64,000 nucleotides of DNA from NCBI GenBank assembly GCA_964538435.1, contig CAZIDX010000002.1, positions 117,930-181,929 of the forward strand. Direction: 5' to 3'. The translations under genes and the position numbers were made by a program. The stretch's first letter is position 1; each line of letters begins with the position of its first letter. The notes under the pieces were generated by a model. It had not been told where the DNA came from, made no database searches, and saw only the letters and a program-made list of their open reading frames with translations. Of this stretch, positions 1 to 9,956 are shown piece after piece. Source of the stretch: an uncultured Gammaproteobacteria bacterium. GTDB lineage: Bacteria; Patescibacteriota; Patescibacteriia; UBA9934; GWF2-40-263.

Positions 1-1851
1 GATGCTTGGCACGCAGCACTCCCAGATAACATTCGCGAGTGGCTCCTCAACGAACGTGGTGTTGCTGCTGAGGTGATTGATGAAGCCAAGCTCGGCTGGA
101 GTGGTACCCACCTCACCATCCCGATCCCAGACGCGAGCGGTAAGTATCTCTTCGTGAAGAAGCGTCGTACGCCTCTTAGCGATGAGGGGCCAAAGTACGA
201 GAACGCAACTGGATCAAAAGCAGCACTCTTTGGGGTCGAGTACCTAGAAGACGCTGTGATGATCGTGATCTGCGAGGGAGAGCTTGATGCGCTTGTACTG
301 CGCTCACAGGGTATCCCAGCCGTTACATCGACGGGTGGTGCCAAGACGTTCAATGATGAATGGGTGGAACTATTCAGCAAGATCGAGCATGTCTTCATCT
401 GCTATGACAACGACAAACCAGGTCAAGAAGGTGCTCGTCGTGTTGGAGAGCTGATCCCCCACGCCAAGATCATGACTCTTCCAAAGGAGGTTGGTGAGGC
501 GGGTGACCTGACGGATTTATTTGTCCGTCTCAAAAAGACCCCAGACGACTTTCTTGCCCTTCAGCGAGACGCAAAGACCCTTGGGGAGCTGGAGGAGGCT
601 GGGGAGCGATTCAAGGCCCTTCCCAAGCCCAGTAAGACCATCAGCTTAGATGAATGGCGAGAAGTGATTTATCAGAATTTCCCTGAGTGCCTGACGGCTG
701 CCGAGGTGGGAGTGGCTGTGATAACCCAGCTCTTGATCAAGGACGTCCGCAACCCGTTTGGTCTTGTCTATGTGGACGTTCCAAGTGCTGGTAAGACGAT
801 TGCGCTGAACTTCTTCTCAAAACTAGACGAGCTGGTCTACACAACCGACAGCTTCTCTCCAGCTTCCCTTGTCTCACACGCCTCCAACCGCAAAAAGGAA
901 GACCTGAAGAACATCGACCTGCTTCCTCGCATTCGTCACAAAGCCCTTGTGGTGCGTGACTTGGCTCCTATGTTCGCTGAGAGGCAGGAGAATCTGCTCA
1001 AGAACCTTGGGGTTCTGACCCGTGTGTTTGATGGTGAGGGTTATGAATCGGACTCTGGTGTTCACGGCAAGCGTGGTTATAGGGGTGACTACATGTTTAC
1101 GTTTTTGGCTGCGAGCACACCTATTCAGCCGCGCGTATGGCGGTTCATGGGGGCACTCGGATCTCGATTGTTCTTCTTGAACATGAACGTCGGCGACAAG
1201 TCGGAAGACGAACTTGCTGAGCTCTTAGTCGCTGATGATTTCAAGAAAAAGGAAGGTGTGTGTCGTGATGCAACTCGTGACTTGCTCCTATCGATTTGGG
1301 ATCGATTCAACGGCGGTGTGACATGGAACAAGCGTGGTGACCCAGAAAACGTTCGTGTCATCATTTCTCGCTGTGCAAATCTCTTAGCATACTTGCGAGG
1401 AACCATGGAGATATCGTCTAGTGATGAATATAGTGGCAACGCTGATTACAGCGACAAGCAAACGGAAAAGCCGATGCGTATCAATCAGCTTCTCTACAAC
1501 CTGGCTCGTGGACACGCCCTTGCGTGTGGCCGCATACAGATCACGGATGCTGACTTGAGACCTGTTGTCGAAGTCACGCTCAATTCTGCCCAGCAGAACC
1601 GTGTGAAGCTCTTCACAGCGCTCATTGAGCATCAGGGCACGATGAACGTCGCATTGGTTGAGGAGGCTCTGGGTTGCAGCTACACCACCGCATCAAACGA
1701 AATGAGTGCGTTTGAATACCTTGGGCTGGCCAATCTTGAATCCCACAAGACCACAAGTGTTGGGAGGCCTGAGAAGATCATAACCATCGCGGATGATTTC
1801 GACTGGTTCTGTTCTGAGGAATTCAGAAAACTACGCGTTCAAAAGCCTTAA
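1..1851 (+). CDS. TOPRIM-domain DNA primase fused to a P-loop ATPase-like domain (5' end truncated by the window)
   Basis: TOPRIM motifs ICEGELDAL and CYDND..GQEGA; degenerate Walker A (DVPSAGKT). The frame is open from base 1. Confidence 0.8.
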   Translation, partial: DAWHAALPDNIREWLLNERGVAAEVIDEAKLGWSGTHLTIPIPDASGKYLFVKKRRTPLSDEGPKYENATGSKAALFGVEYLEDAVMIVICEGELDALVLRSQGIPAVTSTGGAKTFNDEWVELFSKIEHVFICYDNDKPGQEGARRVGELIPHAKIMTLPKEVGEAGDLTDLFVRLKKTPDDFLALQRDAKTLGELEEAGERFKALPKPSKTISLDEWREVIYQNFPECLTAAEVGVAVITQLLIKDVRNPFGLVYVDVPSAGKTIALNFFSKLDELVYTTDSFSPASLVSHASNRKKEDLKNIDLLPRIRHKALVVRDLAPMFAERQENLLKNLGVLTRVFDGEGYESDSGVHGKRGYRGDYMFTFLAASTPIQPRVWRFMGALGSRLFFLNMNVGDKSEDELAELLVADDFKKKEGVCRDATRDLLLSIWDRFNGGVTWNKRGDPENVRVIISRCANLLAYLRGTMEISSSDEYSGNADYSDKQTEKPMRINQLLYNLARGHALACGRIQITDADLRPVVEVTLNSAQQNRVKLFTALIEHQGTMNVALVEEALGCSYTTASNEMSAFEYLGLANLESHKTTSVGRPEKIITIADDFDWFCSEEFRKLRVQKP

Positions 1852-1882
1852 TAATTTTCTCGCCAAATCTGGCCCTGTATAT

Positions 1883-2098
1883 ATGAAGTCCATTACCTGC
1901 CTAGAGTGTGAACAAACCATTCCCCCTCGTCGGCTGCGATTTCTTCGTTCACTTTGGAACCTGATCGATGACTACTATTGCGAACGATCAGACCAAGACA
2001 TCGAGGAAATTGAGGCCGCCATCAGAATCAATGGCTGTCACATCGAAACGGTTCATACCAAGAACATCTGGGAACAAGAAGCGACAAACTCCTATTGA
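1883..2098 (+). CDS. Small hypothetical protein (CxxC)
   Basis: ATG at 1883, MKSITCLECEQ..., packed between neighbours on the same strand. Confidence 0.5.
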   Translation: MKSITCLECEQTIPPRRLRFLRSLWNLIDDYYCERSDQDIEEIEAAIRINGCHIETVHTKNIWEQEATNSY

Positions 2099-2116
2099 TT
2101 TCGACAGGATTTCTCT

Positions 2117-2725
2117 ATGCCCAAACAGACCTGCGAGACACAGTATTGCCTTGATATCAGAGCCTTGAAGCAGCAGGGATTGTTGAGAAATGGGGGCAGT
2201 AGTGGTCTGTACCAATGGGGGTCTGATGGAGAGATCACGTCGAGTATCGGACTTTGGATCGATACGCAGCGTTTAAGGGTACGTCTGCGATATCGATTCA
2301 TAGATCCTTGTGGCAAAGAGTGCGAGTTGGACTATGTGGTCAGCCTCACCACCACCCCATGCTTCTTTGGTGGACGTCGCTACTGGTTCAAGTGTCCAAT
2401 AAACAAAGATGTAACAAAGTGCGATCGCCGTGTGGCCGTGCTCTACATGGGAGACAAGTACTTCGGATGTAGGAGCTGCTACGACCTGACTTATCAGAGC
2501 CAGCAGAAGACGCACACAGGCCGCTGGTCGCTCTTTGGGAGGATCATGGACCTTCAAGACGAGATAGCCAAAGGACACGATCACATCCGCATCAAGCATT
2601 GGCTCGGCCGCCCCACAAAGCGATTCCGAAAGTGGTTGGCCATGAAAAATCGTTACAACCAGCTTTCTCCCCAGCTTAGACCGATGGTGAAAGAAATGGA
2701 GCGTTGCTTGCGTGGGGAGGAGTAG
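2117..2725 (+). CDS. Cys-rich hypothetical protein typical of integrated elements
   Basis: FGGRRYWFKCP...CDRRVAVLY...FGCRSCYDLTYQSQ pattern. Confidence 0.7.
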   Translation: MPKQTCETQYCLDIRALKQQGLLRNGGSSGLYQWGSDGEITSSIGLWIDTQRLRVRLRYRFIDPCGKECELDYVVSLTTTPCFFGGRRYWFKCPINKDVTKCDRRVAVLYMGDKYFGCRSCYDLTYQSQQKTHTGRWSLFGRIMDLQDEIAKGHDHIRIKHWLGRPTKRFRKWLAMKNRYNQLSPQLRPMVKEMERCLRGEE

Positions 2726-2961
2726 GTAAAATGATTGTGCTACCCAACCGTTCAACATTCAGAAGATTTTTTTACTCGTTTACTGCCCGAGATGGGCGGT
2801 CATGCCAGCAAGCGGGTATTCTTCTGAATATAGCGCGGTTGGGTAGCCATGGCCGCCCTTTTGGTTACCTAAACAGAAGACCGCACCTCGAGAGTGTTGA
2901 AGCGCAGGAAGTGCGGCTTCTGTCCGACTACCGTCGGATCTCGAAGTGCGGTTGCGTAGTG

Positions 2962-3800
2962 CTACCGCTGCTTGAGCTGCCAGCTCTTGCGGTTGCGACC
3001 GTCCGTGTCCTCCCAGACGATCTCGTCCCACTCACCAGCCTCGCCCACGTCGACCCATGCGTTGTAGTACGTCTGGCGACCACCTTCGGTGACGAAGATG
3101 AGGTTGAGGCGGAAGCGGTACTGCCAGTCGTTGGGGCGCGGCTCGACACCGACCACCACGATCACGGCATCACCACCTCGACCGCTCTGGACGTGCTCGA
3201 CCGAGTGGAGCGTGATGCTCTCCTCGACCTTGAACAGTCCCCAGAGACGATCGGGCAGCAGCGGGATCTTCTCGCCAACACGAGCCTTCTCCTGACGGTC
3301 GATCTGGTCCGCGTAGGTCTCGAAGGTCCGACGCAGGGCAGCCGTGTTGCTCAGCATCAGGTAGAGCTCTTCGAAGCTGTGCGTCATCGGGGCGATCCAC
3401 CCACGCGATCCCTTGCCGGGGCGCGGGGAGTAGACACCGAAGACGAGCTGGGAGCCCGCCGGATGCGGTGCGAGCACCTCTCCCGGCTTGGGGCCGTCGA
3501 CGCTGCGGTCCGAATCGAGGTCGCTCCGACGCCTGTTGATCCGCAGGAAGCCCCAGAAGAGGTAGGTGCGCTGTTCGAGATCGGGTTGAACGTTCCGATC
3601 AGGAGCAGGGTCGTTCCGTCCCTTGTGGAGCAGCGCTCACAGGACGACCCACGCGGGCACGAGCACAGGCTGTTGTGTCCACGCACGGTCATCCTGACCG
3701 TGTAGTTGTCCACCGTACGACCCAGATCCCATTCCTTGGCACCCGGACCACCCACGATCTCACGAGGCTTGTACAAGCCGTCGGTGATGGCAAAAGGCAT
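2962..3800 (-). pseudogene. Frameshifted GC-rich hypothetical gene (about 280 aa if repaired)
   Basis: ATG at 3800 with GGAGG RBS. The reading MPFAITDG...LIGTFNP continues as DLEQRTYLFWGFLR...WQLKQR after a 1-nt shift near 3583, where the GC3-rich frame switches. Confidence 0.6.
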
Positions 3801-3968
3801 GAAGCCCTCCTTAGTTGTTGTCACCTGATCTGACGCAGGTGTCACGCCCTTATCCGCACATGAAGTAACGGACGTCTCACCGGTTGGTAAGAGAACAATA
3901 ATCTCACAAAATCGGCCTTTTGTCAACCAAGCTAGGCCGGGAATTCACTAAAATTAGCTACAAATTCT

Positions 3969-5582
3969 ATGAAGAACTACGTTATCTATGCTCGTAAATC
4001 TACGGAATCAGAAGATCGGCAGGTGTTGTCGATTGATTCGCAGGTGAACGAGATGAAAGAGACCGCTAAGAAGCTGGATCTCAAGGTTGTGAAGGTTTAC
4101 AAGGAGGCAAAATCAGCCAGTAAGCTTGGAAGAGAGAAATTTGCTGAGATGATGCAGGAGGTCATGGACGGCAAGATCGATGGGATTCTTTGTTGGAAGC
4201 TCGACCGACTGGCTCGCAACCCTATCGACGGTGGCCAGGTCATCTGGGCACTCAAGGATCAGAATTTGATGATCCAAACCCCAGCACAGCTCTACAGTTC
4301 TGAGAAGGAAAACCAGATCATGCTCTACCTCGAATTCGGGATGGCGCAGAAGTACACCGATGATCTTTCCAAAAACGTGAAGCGTGGGAACATGGAGAAA
4401 GCCAATCGTGGTGGTTGGGGTGGTGTGGCTCCCATTGGGTATCTCAATAAGCTTGATGACCACACCATCATGCTGGATCCCGACCGTGCGACTCTGGTTC
4501 GTAAGGCTTGGGAAAAAGTGCTGGACGGCGCTTCACCCGAACAAGCACGTCGATATCTAAACAACGACCTCGGATTTAGAACCGTGAAACGAAAGAAGAC
4601 GGGAGGTAAGCCCCTCTCCTATAGCGGGATGTATCGCATGCTGCGTAATCCGTTTTACTATGGTTTGATCCGTCGCAGACACGACGGGGAGCTCATGGAA
4701 TATATGGGAACGCATGAACCGCTCATTACCGAGGAGGAATTCTGGCGCGTGCAAAAGATTCTTGGCGAGCCAGTTCCTCGTCCTCAGATAAAAGAATTTG
4801 CGTACACAGGCCTCATTCGTTGTCAGGAGTGCGGGTGTCACTTCACGGCGTATGAGATTAGAAAGAAATCTGGGAAGAGCTACACCTACTATCGTTGCAC
4901 TAAACGCAAAGACGGTGTTGAGTGCAGCCAGAGGCAAATCAGCAAGAAGGATCTTGAAAAGCAGATAATGCGGCTTCTGACTGAGATGACCATCCCCACA
5001 CAATTCGCTGACTGGGCAGTGCGTTGGCTTCGGTTCGTTCATGAGAATGAAACGGATAGTCAGTCGTCGCTGCGTGAATCACTTCAAACGGCTTACAACG
5101 ATACCCAGAAACAGATCGATAGGCTCACAGACATCCTGATTCGAGAGCTCATCTCTGAGAAGGAATACAAGAAGCGAAAGAGTGAGCTCATGCAGGAGCG
5201 CTCACGTGTGAGTGCAAAGCTTGCTGACCAAGAACAAGCGGCAGACAACTGGGTGGATCGAATGGAAAAGGCGTTTATGTTCGCCAAGAGTGCACGGGCC
5301 ATGTTCGCAAATGACGAGCGCGTTGAATCACGTCGACGCATTGTTCGCGCTCTAGGATCTAACTTCTCGATTTTGGACAAAAAGCTCAGCTTAGAACTTG
5401 AACCGGTGTGGTCACTCTTCGCCAAACACTCCGAACAGCTCTACAAGGATCTAACTCATGTAAACGTCGACAAAACAGGCATGATCAAAGAAAAAACCAC
5501 AGCTTCTGCTGCTGTGATTTCCTCTTGGCAGGGGCGCTGGGACTCGAACCCAGACGACAGGTTTTGGAGACCTGCATGCTAG
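3969..5582 (+). CDS. Large serine recombinase (resolvase, recombinase and Zn-ribbon domains)
   Basis: YARKSTE catalytic motif, WKLDRLARN, PIGY, LRNPFYYG, HEPLITEEEF, GLIRCQECG...YYRC, coiled coil. Confidence 0.95.
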   Translation: MKNYVIYARKSTESEDRQVLSIDSQVNEMKETAKKLDLKVVKVYKEAKSASKLGREKFAEMMQEVMDGKIDGILCWKLDRLARNPIDGGQVIWALKDQNLMIQTPAQLYSSEKENQIMLYLEFGMAQKYTDDLSKNVKRGNMEKANRGGWGGVAPIGYLNKLDDHTIMLDPDRATLVRKAWEKVLDGASPEQARRYLNNDLGFRTVKRKKTGGKPLSYSGMYRMLRNPFYYGLIRRRHDGELMEYMGTHEPLITEEEFWRVQKILGEPVPRPQIKEFAYTGLIRCQECGCHFTAYEIRKKSGKSYTYYRCTKRKDGVECSQRQISKKDLEKQIMRLLTEMTIPTQFADWAVRWLRFVHENETDSQSSLRESLQTAYNDTQKQIDRLTDILIRELISEKEYKKRKSELMQERSRVSAKLADQEQAADNWVDRMEKAFMFAKSARAMFANDERVESRRRIVRALGSNFSILDKKLSLELEPVWSLFAKHSEQLYKDLTHVNVDKTGMIKEKTTASAAVISSWQGRWDSNPDDRFWRPAC

Positions 5583-5601
5583 CCATTGACATCACGCCCC
5601 T
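5526..5601 (-). tRNA. trnW: tRNA-Trp (CCA)
   Basis: Reverse complement folds as a cloverleaf: acceptor AGGGGCG/CGCCCCT, anticodon arm CAGGT-CTCCAAA-ACCTG, GGTTCGAGTCC T-arm, encoded CCA. Confidence 0.93.
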
Positions 5602-5681
5602 ATATTCAATTGACGCCGAGAATTATACAGGAATCCACGGATTTGAAAAGGTTAAACACAAAATGCTACCCTTCTATCACT

Positions 5682-6299
5682 ATGACAAACGAACAAAAGA
5701 AAACGAAGAAACGCAACTTCCGAGCGAAAATAATCAAAATCGATCGCGTAGCAGCCTGGGTAATGTTCATCACCATCATCCTCTTTGCCATCACCGGCTA
5801 CGGCATGACCAAGGGACTCATCGATGAATCCCTTGCCTCTAACCTTCACCTCAACTGGCTCCTCCTCATCGGAATCATCTCCTTTGTCATTCACACAAGC
5901 TGGGGCATCCACATGTCACTCAAACGCTGGCGTGTCTGGAACATCTTCACAAAGATAATCCTCCTGCTCGTTTACCTCACCCTCATCTTTGGAGGCATCT
6001 ACCTTGAATTCTTTTACACACCAAGCTACGAGACAGCGCAAACCTACGAAACAACACAAACGGAAGAACTCACGGAAACCGAAATCTTCACAAAAGAAAC
6101 ACTTGCACAGTACAACGGAGAAAACGGAGAACGCTCCTATGCTGCCATCGATGGGATCGTATACGATGTCTCAGATGTATTTAAAAACGGATGGCACAAG
6201 GGGCACCAAGCCGGCCAAGAGATGTCTGATGCCTATTACTCCGAGCACTCAAAGTCCATGCTAAAAAAATATCCGGTTGTTGGATCCTACCAAGAGTAA
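5682..6299 (+). CDS. Membrane protein with C-terminal cytochrome b5-like heme/steroid-binding domain
   Basis: Three TM helices with His residues; FTKETLAQYNG...YAAIDGIVYDVS...WHKGHQAG...YPVVG. Confidence 0.8.
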   Translation: MTNEQKKTKKRNFRAKIIKIDRVAAWVMFITIILFAITGYGMTKGLIDESLASNLHLNWLLLIGIISFVIHTSWGIHMSLKRWRVWNIFTKIILLLVYLTLIFGGIYLEFFYTPSYETAQTYETTQTEELTETEIFTKETLAQYNGENGERSYAAIDGIVYDVSDVFKNGWHKGHQAGQEMSDAYYSEHSKSMLKKYPVVGSYQE

Positions 6300-6302
6300 A
6301 CT

Positions 6303-6671
6303 ATGCCAAAAAAACAAATCTACATCGGACACTCGTCTGATATCGACTTTCAAACAGAGCTCTACGAACCCATCCGAAACGCAGACTTCTACAAAAACCA
6401 CTCTTTCATTTTCCCACACGATCAAGGAACAATCATTAACAACCCAAAGGAACTCTACGCCGCAGTCGATGTGTTTGTTGCAGAAGTCTCAGAGCCCTCA
6501 ACAGGTCTTGGAATCGAACTTGGTTGGTGTCAGGCGGCAGGAACAAAGATTGTTTGCATTCACAAAAGAGACAAACAACCCTCAAGCGCGCTCACGGCCG
6601 TGTGCAGCGACTTTAGATCATATTCAACACAGGAAGAGATGATCTGCGCGATCGAGGAAATCCTTCGATGA
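6303..6671 (+). CDS. Nucleoside 2-deoxyribosyltransferase-like protein
   Basis: DVFVAEVSEPSTGLGIELGW motif. Confidence 0.75.
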   Translation: MPKKQIYIGHSSDIDFQTELYEPIRNADFYKNHSFIFPHDQGTIINNPKELYAAVDVFVAEVSEPSTGLGIELGWCQAAGTKIVCIHKRDKQPSSALTAVCSDFRSYSTQEEMICAIEEILR

Positions 6672-6675
6672 TCCC

Positions 6676-6704
6676 TTGACAACATTTCGTGCTCATGCTA
6701 TTAT
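6676..6704 (+). promoter_or_regulatory. sigma70-type promoter
   Basis: TTGACA-17 nt-TATTAT with extended -10 TG. Confidence 0.65.
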
Positions 6705-6887
6705 CTTTCTCGGACAACTGAAGAACCTTCAAAACCAATCCTCCATACTTTGCATGGGGGGTTATTTAAACCCAAAAATCAATAACCCTTCATGCATGGC
6801 ATGGGGGGTTATTTTGCAGAAAAGCAAACATTCCCCCGTGCCAAAATGGTACGGGTTTTTTGCACCTTACAACCTGGGAGGATCGAC

Positions 6888-7325
6888 ATGCTCAAAATGC
6901 TGAAGGTCGTCGTTCACAGACAAAACGGAAGCCCAGAGTTCTTCCAACCAGAAGGAGTGCTTCACAAAGAGCTCGAAAGAGCCGCAGGCGCACCCATCGT
7001 GTACAAGCTCTATACCGAGCTTATCAGCGAGGACGAACTCGATGGACTGCTCGCAGAGTGCAAGCAGGCCGATGTGGTCATCCTTGACTACAAGACGCAC
7101 CCCACGTACTACGACTGGAACGACAGCTGGGGCAAGTACCCAACCAGCGAGGCTTGCAAGGCTGCCAAGGCAATCAAGAAGAACCCTCACGTCAGACTCT
7201 TCGCACCGACAAGCCGCCGCAACGAGGGATACGTCTTCCCGATTCACGAGATCGCAATGCCGATCAGTTGCTACAACAGCAAAATCGTGATCGCTACGAT
7301 CAAAGAGCTGGCCCAGCAGCTTTAG
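6888..7325 (+). CDS. Hypothetical protein
   Basis: GGGAGG RBS before ATG 6888, GC3-rich codons, own terminator. Confidence 0.75.
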   Translation: MLKMLKVVVHRQNGSPEFFQPEGVLHKELERAAGAPIVYKLYTELISEDELDGLLAECKQADVVILDYKTHPTYYDWNDSWGKYPTSEACKAAKAIKKNPHVRLFAPTSRRNEGYVFPIHEIAMPISCYNSKIVIATIKELAQQL

Positions 7326-7331
7326 ATCACA

Positions 7332-7361
7332 AAAGAGCCAGGCACACGACCTGGCTCTTTC
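7332..7361 (+). terminator. Intrinsic terminator
   Basis: AAAGAGCCAGG-loop-CCTGGCTCTTT. Confidence 0.75.
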
Positions 7362-7394
7362 AAATTTGTTTTCTACGCAACTGCAAAAGTGTGT

Positions 7395-7566
7395 AGAGAT
7401 CGGGCGCCGTTCCGCAGCAAAGACGTAAAGACCTACTTCACCGAGGTGAGCAACAAAAGGGTTGTGCTGTCTTTAAGCGAGGATGGTCCTAGCACCGAGA
7501 TCAAGCGCGTAGCGCGCAGAGATCGGGCGCCGTTCCGCAGCAAAGACATCACAACCCCTTTGTTGC
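7395..7566. repeat. 30-bp direct repeat interleaved with a 25-bp inverted repeat (REP/MITE-like)
   Basis: AGAGATCGGGCGCCGTTCCGCAGCAAAGAC at 7395-7424 and 7518-7547; 7450-7474 is inverted to 7542-7566 (23/25). Confidence 0.85.
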
Positions 7567-7621
7567 GAACTAACCCCCACCCCATTGACTTTTCCCCAAA
7601 AAACCGTACAATGCCGGCGAT

Positions 7622-8881
7622 ATGCCAAACAACTACGACCACATCGAACTCCTCGCTCCAGCAGGCTCTTACGAGTCTTTGCACGCAGCCATAAATAGCG
7701 GCGCTGATGCCGTGTATTTTGGTCTCAAGGGATTCAACATGCGCGCAAACACCGCAAAGCCATTTGAAATCTCTGACCTGAAAAAGATCGTCGAGGAGTG
7801 CGAGCAAGCTCGAGTAAAATCCTATCTCGCACTCAACACACTTGTATACGACGAAGGAATCGATGAGATGAAAAAGAAGATCGATGCAGCAAAAGAATTC
7901 GGCGTAACAGCCATCATCGCCTTTGACCTCACAGCCATCAGCTACGCCCGCGAGATCGGAGTCGAGGTTCACATCTCAACACAACACTCCATTTCAAATA
8001 TCGAGGCAGTTAAGTTCTTCTCACAATACACAGACCGAGTAGTGCTCGCACGCGAACTCACACTCGAGCAGATCAAACACATCGTCAGCGAGATCAAGAC
8101 CCAAGACATTCGCGGACCAAAGGGGCGTCTCGTTGAAGTTGAAATCTTCATCCACGGCGCCATGTGTGTATCTGTCTCAGGCCGTTGCGGAATGAGTCTC
8201 TACTTCTACGGAACCTCAGCCAACTGCGGAGAGTGCTCTCAACCTTGCCGCCGCGCGTACACAGTGAAAGACAAATGCACAGGAAAAGAACTCGAGGTCG
8301 ACAATGAATACATCATGTCTCCAGAAGACCTCTGCACCATTGGAATGCTCGATGAAATTCTTGACTCTGGAGCAGTCTCTCTCAAAATCGAAGGACGCGG
8401 TCGCGCTCCTGAGTACGTTGATGTTGTTGTGCGCACATACCGAGAAGCCATCGAGGCGATCAAGAATAATGAATTCGATAAAGAAAAAATTGCCGCATGG
8501 CGAGAGCGGCTTGGAGCCGTATTCAATCGAGGCATGAGCGAAGGGTTCTACAGAGGAAAAGCCTACAAATACTGGAGTGGAATCGCAAACTCAAAAGCAA
8601 CACAGCGCCGCGAGCTCGTTGGAACTGTCACAAAGTACTACAAAGAGCCTGGTGTGGCCGAAATTAACGTACAAGCAAGCGAACTTGATCCAGACACGCC
8701 ATGCATCTTCACAGGACCAACAACTGGCGTGCTTCGTGTCACAGCAGAAAACATCCATGTTGATGGAAAACCAGCTGAAAAAGCCGTTCAAGGCGATCTT
8801 CTCACACTCAAAGTCCCAGAGCGCGTGCGCAAAAACGACAAGCTCTACAAACTATGCCTGACCGACAGCGCTGGCAAATAG
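7622..8881 (+). CDS. U32 family protein (TrhP/RlhA-like Fe-S RNA hydroxylase family)
   Basis: ELLAPAGS, GADAVYFG, RVVLAREL, HGAMCVSVSGRC, GECSQPCR, SLKIEGR. Confidence 0.92.
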   Translation: MPNNYDHIELLAPAGSYESLHAAINSGADAVYFGLKGFNMRANTAKPFEISDLKKIVEECEQARVKSYLALNTLVYDEGIDEMKKKIDAAKEFGVTAIIAFDLTAISYAREIGVEVHISTQHSISNIEAVKFFSQYTDRVVLARELTLEQIKHIVSEIKTQDIRGPKGRLVEVEIFIHGAMCVSVSGRCGMSLYFYGTSANCGECSQPCRRAYTVKDKCTGKELEVDNEYIMSPEDLCTIGMLDEILDSGAVSLKIEGRGRAPEYVDVVVRTYREAIEAIKNNEFDKEKIAAWRERLGAVFNRGMSEGFYRGKAYKYWSGIANSKATQRRELVGTVTKYYKEPGVAEINVQASELDPDTPCIFTGPTTGVLRVTAENIHVDGKPAEKAVQGDLLTLKVPERVRKNDKLYKLCLTDSAGK

Positions 8882-9930
8882 AACTTGCAGATTCCATCAG
8901 AACGGTCGAACAGCTAGAGGAACTGCTCCAGATTCCAAACCGCGATCAAATCCTCGAGGTGGTTTCAAATATGCGTCTCTCCATCACCCCTCACCAGCGC
9001 TCGCTCATTGACTTTACAAACCCACATGACCCCCTCCTGCGCATGGTTATTCCTCATGAGCAGGAGCTTTTTGTTACCGAATCCGAACTTGTTGACCCAA
9101 TTGGTGATGAGAACGACATGCCTGTCCCCTTTCTCACACACCGATACCGTGACCGCGCGCTCATCTATACAACCTTCAACTGCGCCGCGTACTGCCGATT
9201 TTGCTTCCGCAAGTTCAAAACAGGCCAAGCAACACCTGGGCCAACCCAAGAAGAACGTGAACGCATCTTCAACTATCTTCAAACACACCCTGAAGTAGAA
9301 GAAGCTATTCTCTCAGGTGGAGACCCCCTCACCCTTACAGATGACCTGATCAAAATGTGGCTAAACGAATTGTCCAAAATCAAGAGCATTAAACGCATCC
9401 GAATCCACACACGCACCCTCGTAAATCTCCCGTCTCGAATCACAGCCTCTCTTGCAGAAATCCTTTCAAACAGTGATAAACCGATTGTCATTGTCAGCCA
9501 TTTCAACCACCCACGCGAACTTGCCCAACAAAACATTGATGCTATCAATCTCCTGACATCAGCAGAGATTCAAATAAAGAATCAAAACGTACTTCTACGC
9601 GAGGTCAACGACAATACAGGCACACTCAAAACCTTGTTCACAAAACTTGTTCAAGCTGGTGTTGGTCTCTACTATATTCACCAACTCGATCTAGCACGAG
9701 GAACAAATCATTTCCGTGTACCAATCAAGAAAGGCATGCAGCTCATGCGAGAACTTCACAACGAACTCACAGGCATTGCACTGCCCCGCTACATGCTCGA
9801 CCTGCCTGGTGGCAAAGGCAAGATCCAAATCAATAAAGAAAACCTGTGTTGGCAAGGTGATCATTGGATCGTAAAAAGCCCGCTTGGAGAAACGGTGAGG
9901 TATAATGAACCAGACGTGACAGAAACGTAA
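8854..9930 (+). CDS. KamA/EpmB family radical SAM protein (lysine 2,3-aminomutase-like)
   Basis: LTHRYRDR, CAAYCRFCFR, LSGGDPL, RIHTR, HFNHPREL, LDLPGGKGK. Confidence 0.92.
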   Translation: MPDRQRWQIELADSIRTVEQLEELLQIPNRDQILEVVSNMRLSITPHQRSLIDFTNPHDPLLRMVIPHEQELFVTESELVDPIGDENDMPVPFLTHRYRDRALIYTTFNCAAYCRFCFRKFKTGQATPGPTQEERERIFNYLQTHPEVEEAILSGGDPLTLTDDLIKMWLNELSKIKSIKRIRIHTRTLVNLPSRITASLAEILSNSDKPIVIVSHFNHPRELAQQNIDAINLLTSAEIQIKNQNVLLREVNDNTGTLKTLFTKLVQAGVGLYYIHQLDLARGTNHFRVPIKKGMQLMRELHNELTGIALPRYMLDLPGGKGKIQINKENLCWQGDHWIVKSPLGETVRYNEPDVTET

Positions 9931-9956
9931 ATTGATGCTAACCTGTCCATTCGATT

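Larger units (their letters stand above)
1..5560. mobile_element. Right end of an integrated element (phage/ICE-like island) inserted at the 3' end of tRNA-Trp; left end lies outside the window
   Basis: Primase-ATPase, island-type hypothetical genes and a large serine recombinase abut and overlap the tRNA-Trp 3' end. The second att copy is not in the window, so the boundary is approximate. Confidence 0.75.

Noticed and set aside
3637-3639. In-frame TGA suggesting recoding (code 25 or selenocysteine)
   Set aside because: TGA terminates clear genes here (e.g. xseB-upstream membrane gene, TM0106, PaaX-like), and a frameshift near 3583 explains the locus without read-through.
2704-3705. 333-aa plus-strand ORF
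   Set aside because: Antisense to the frameshifted minus-strand gene, which has the RBS, promoter and codon bias.
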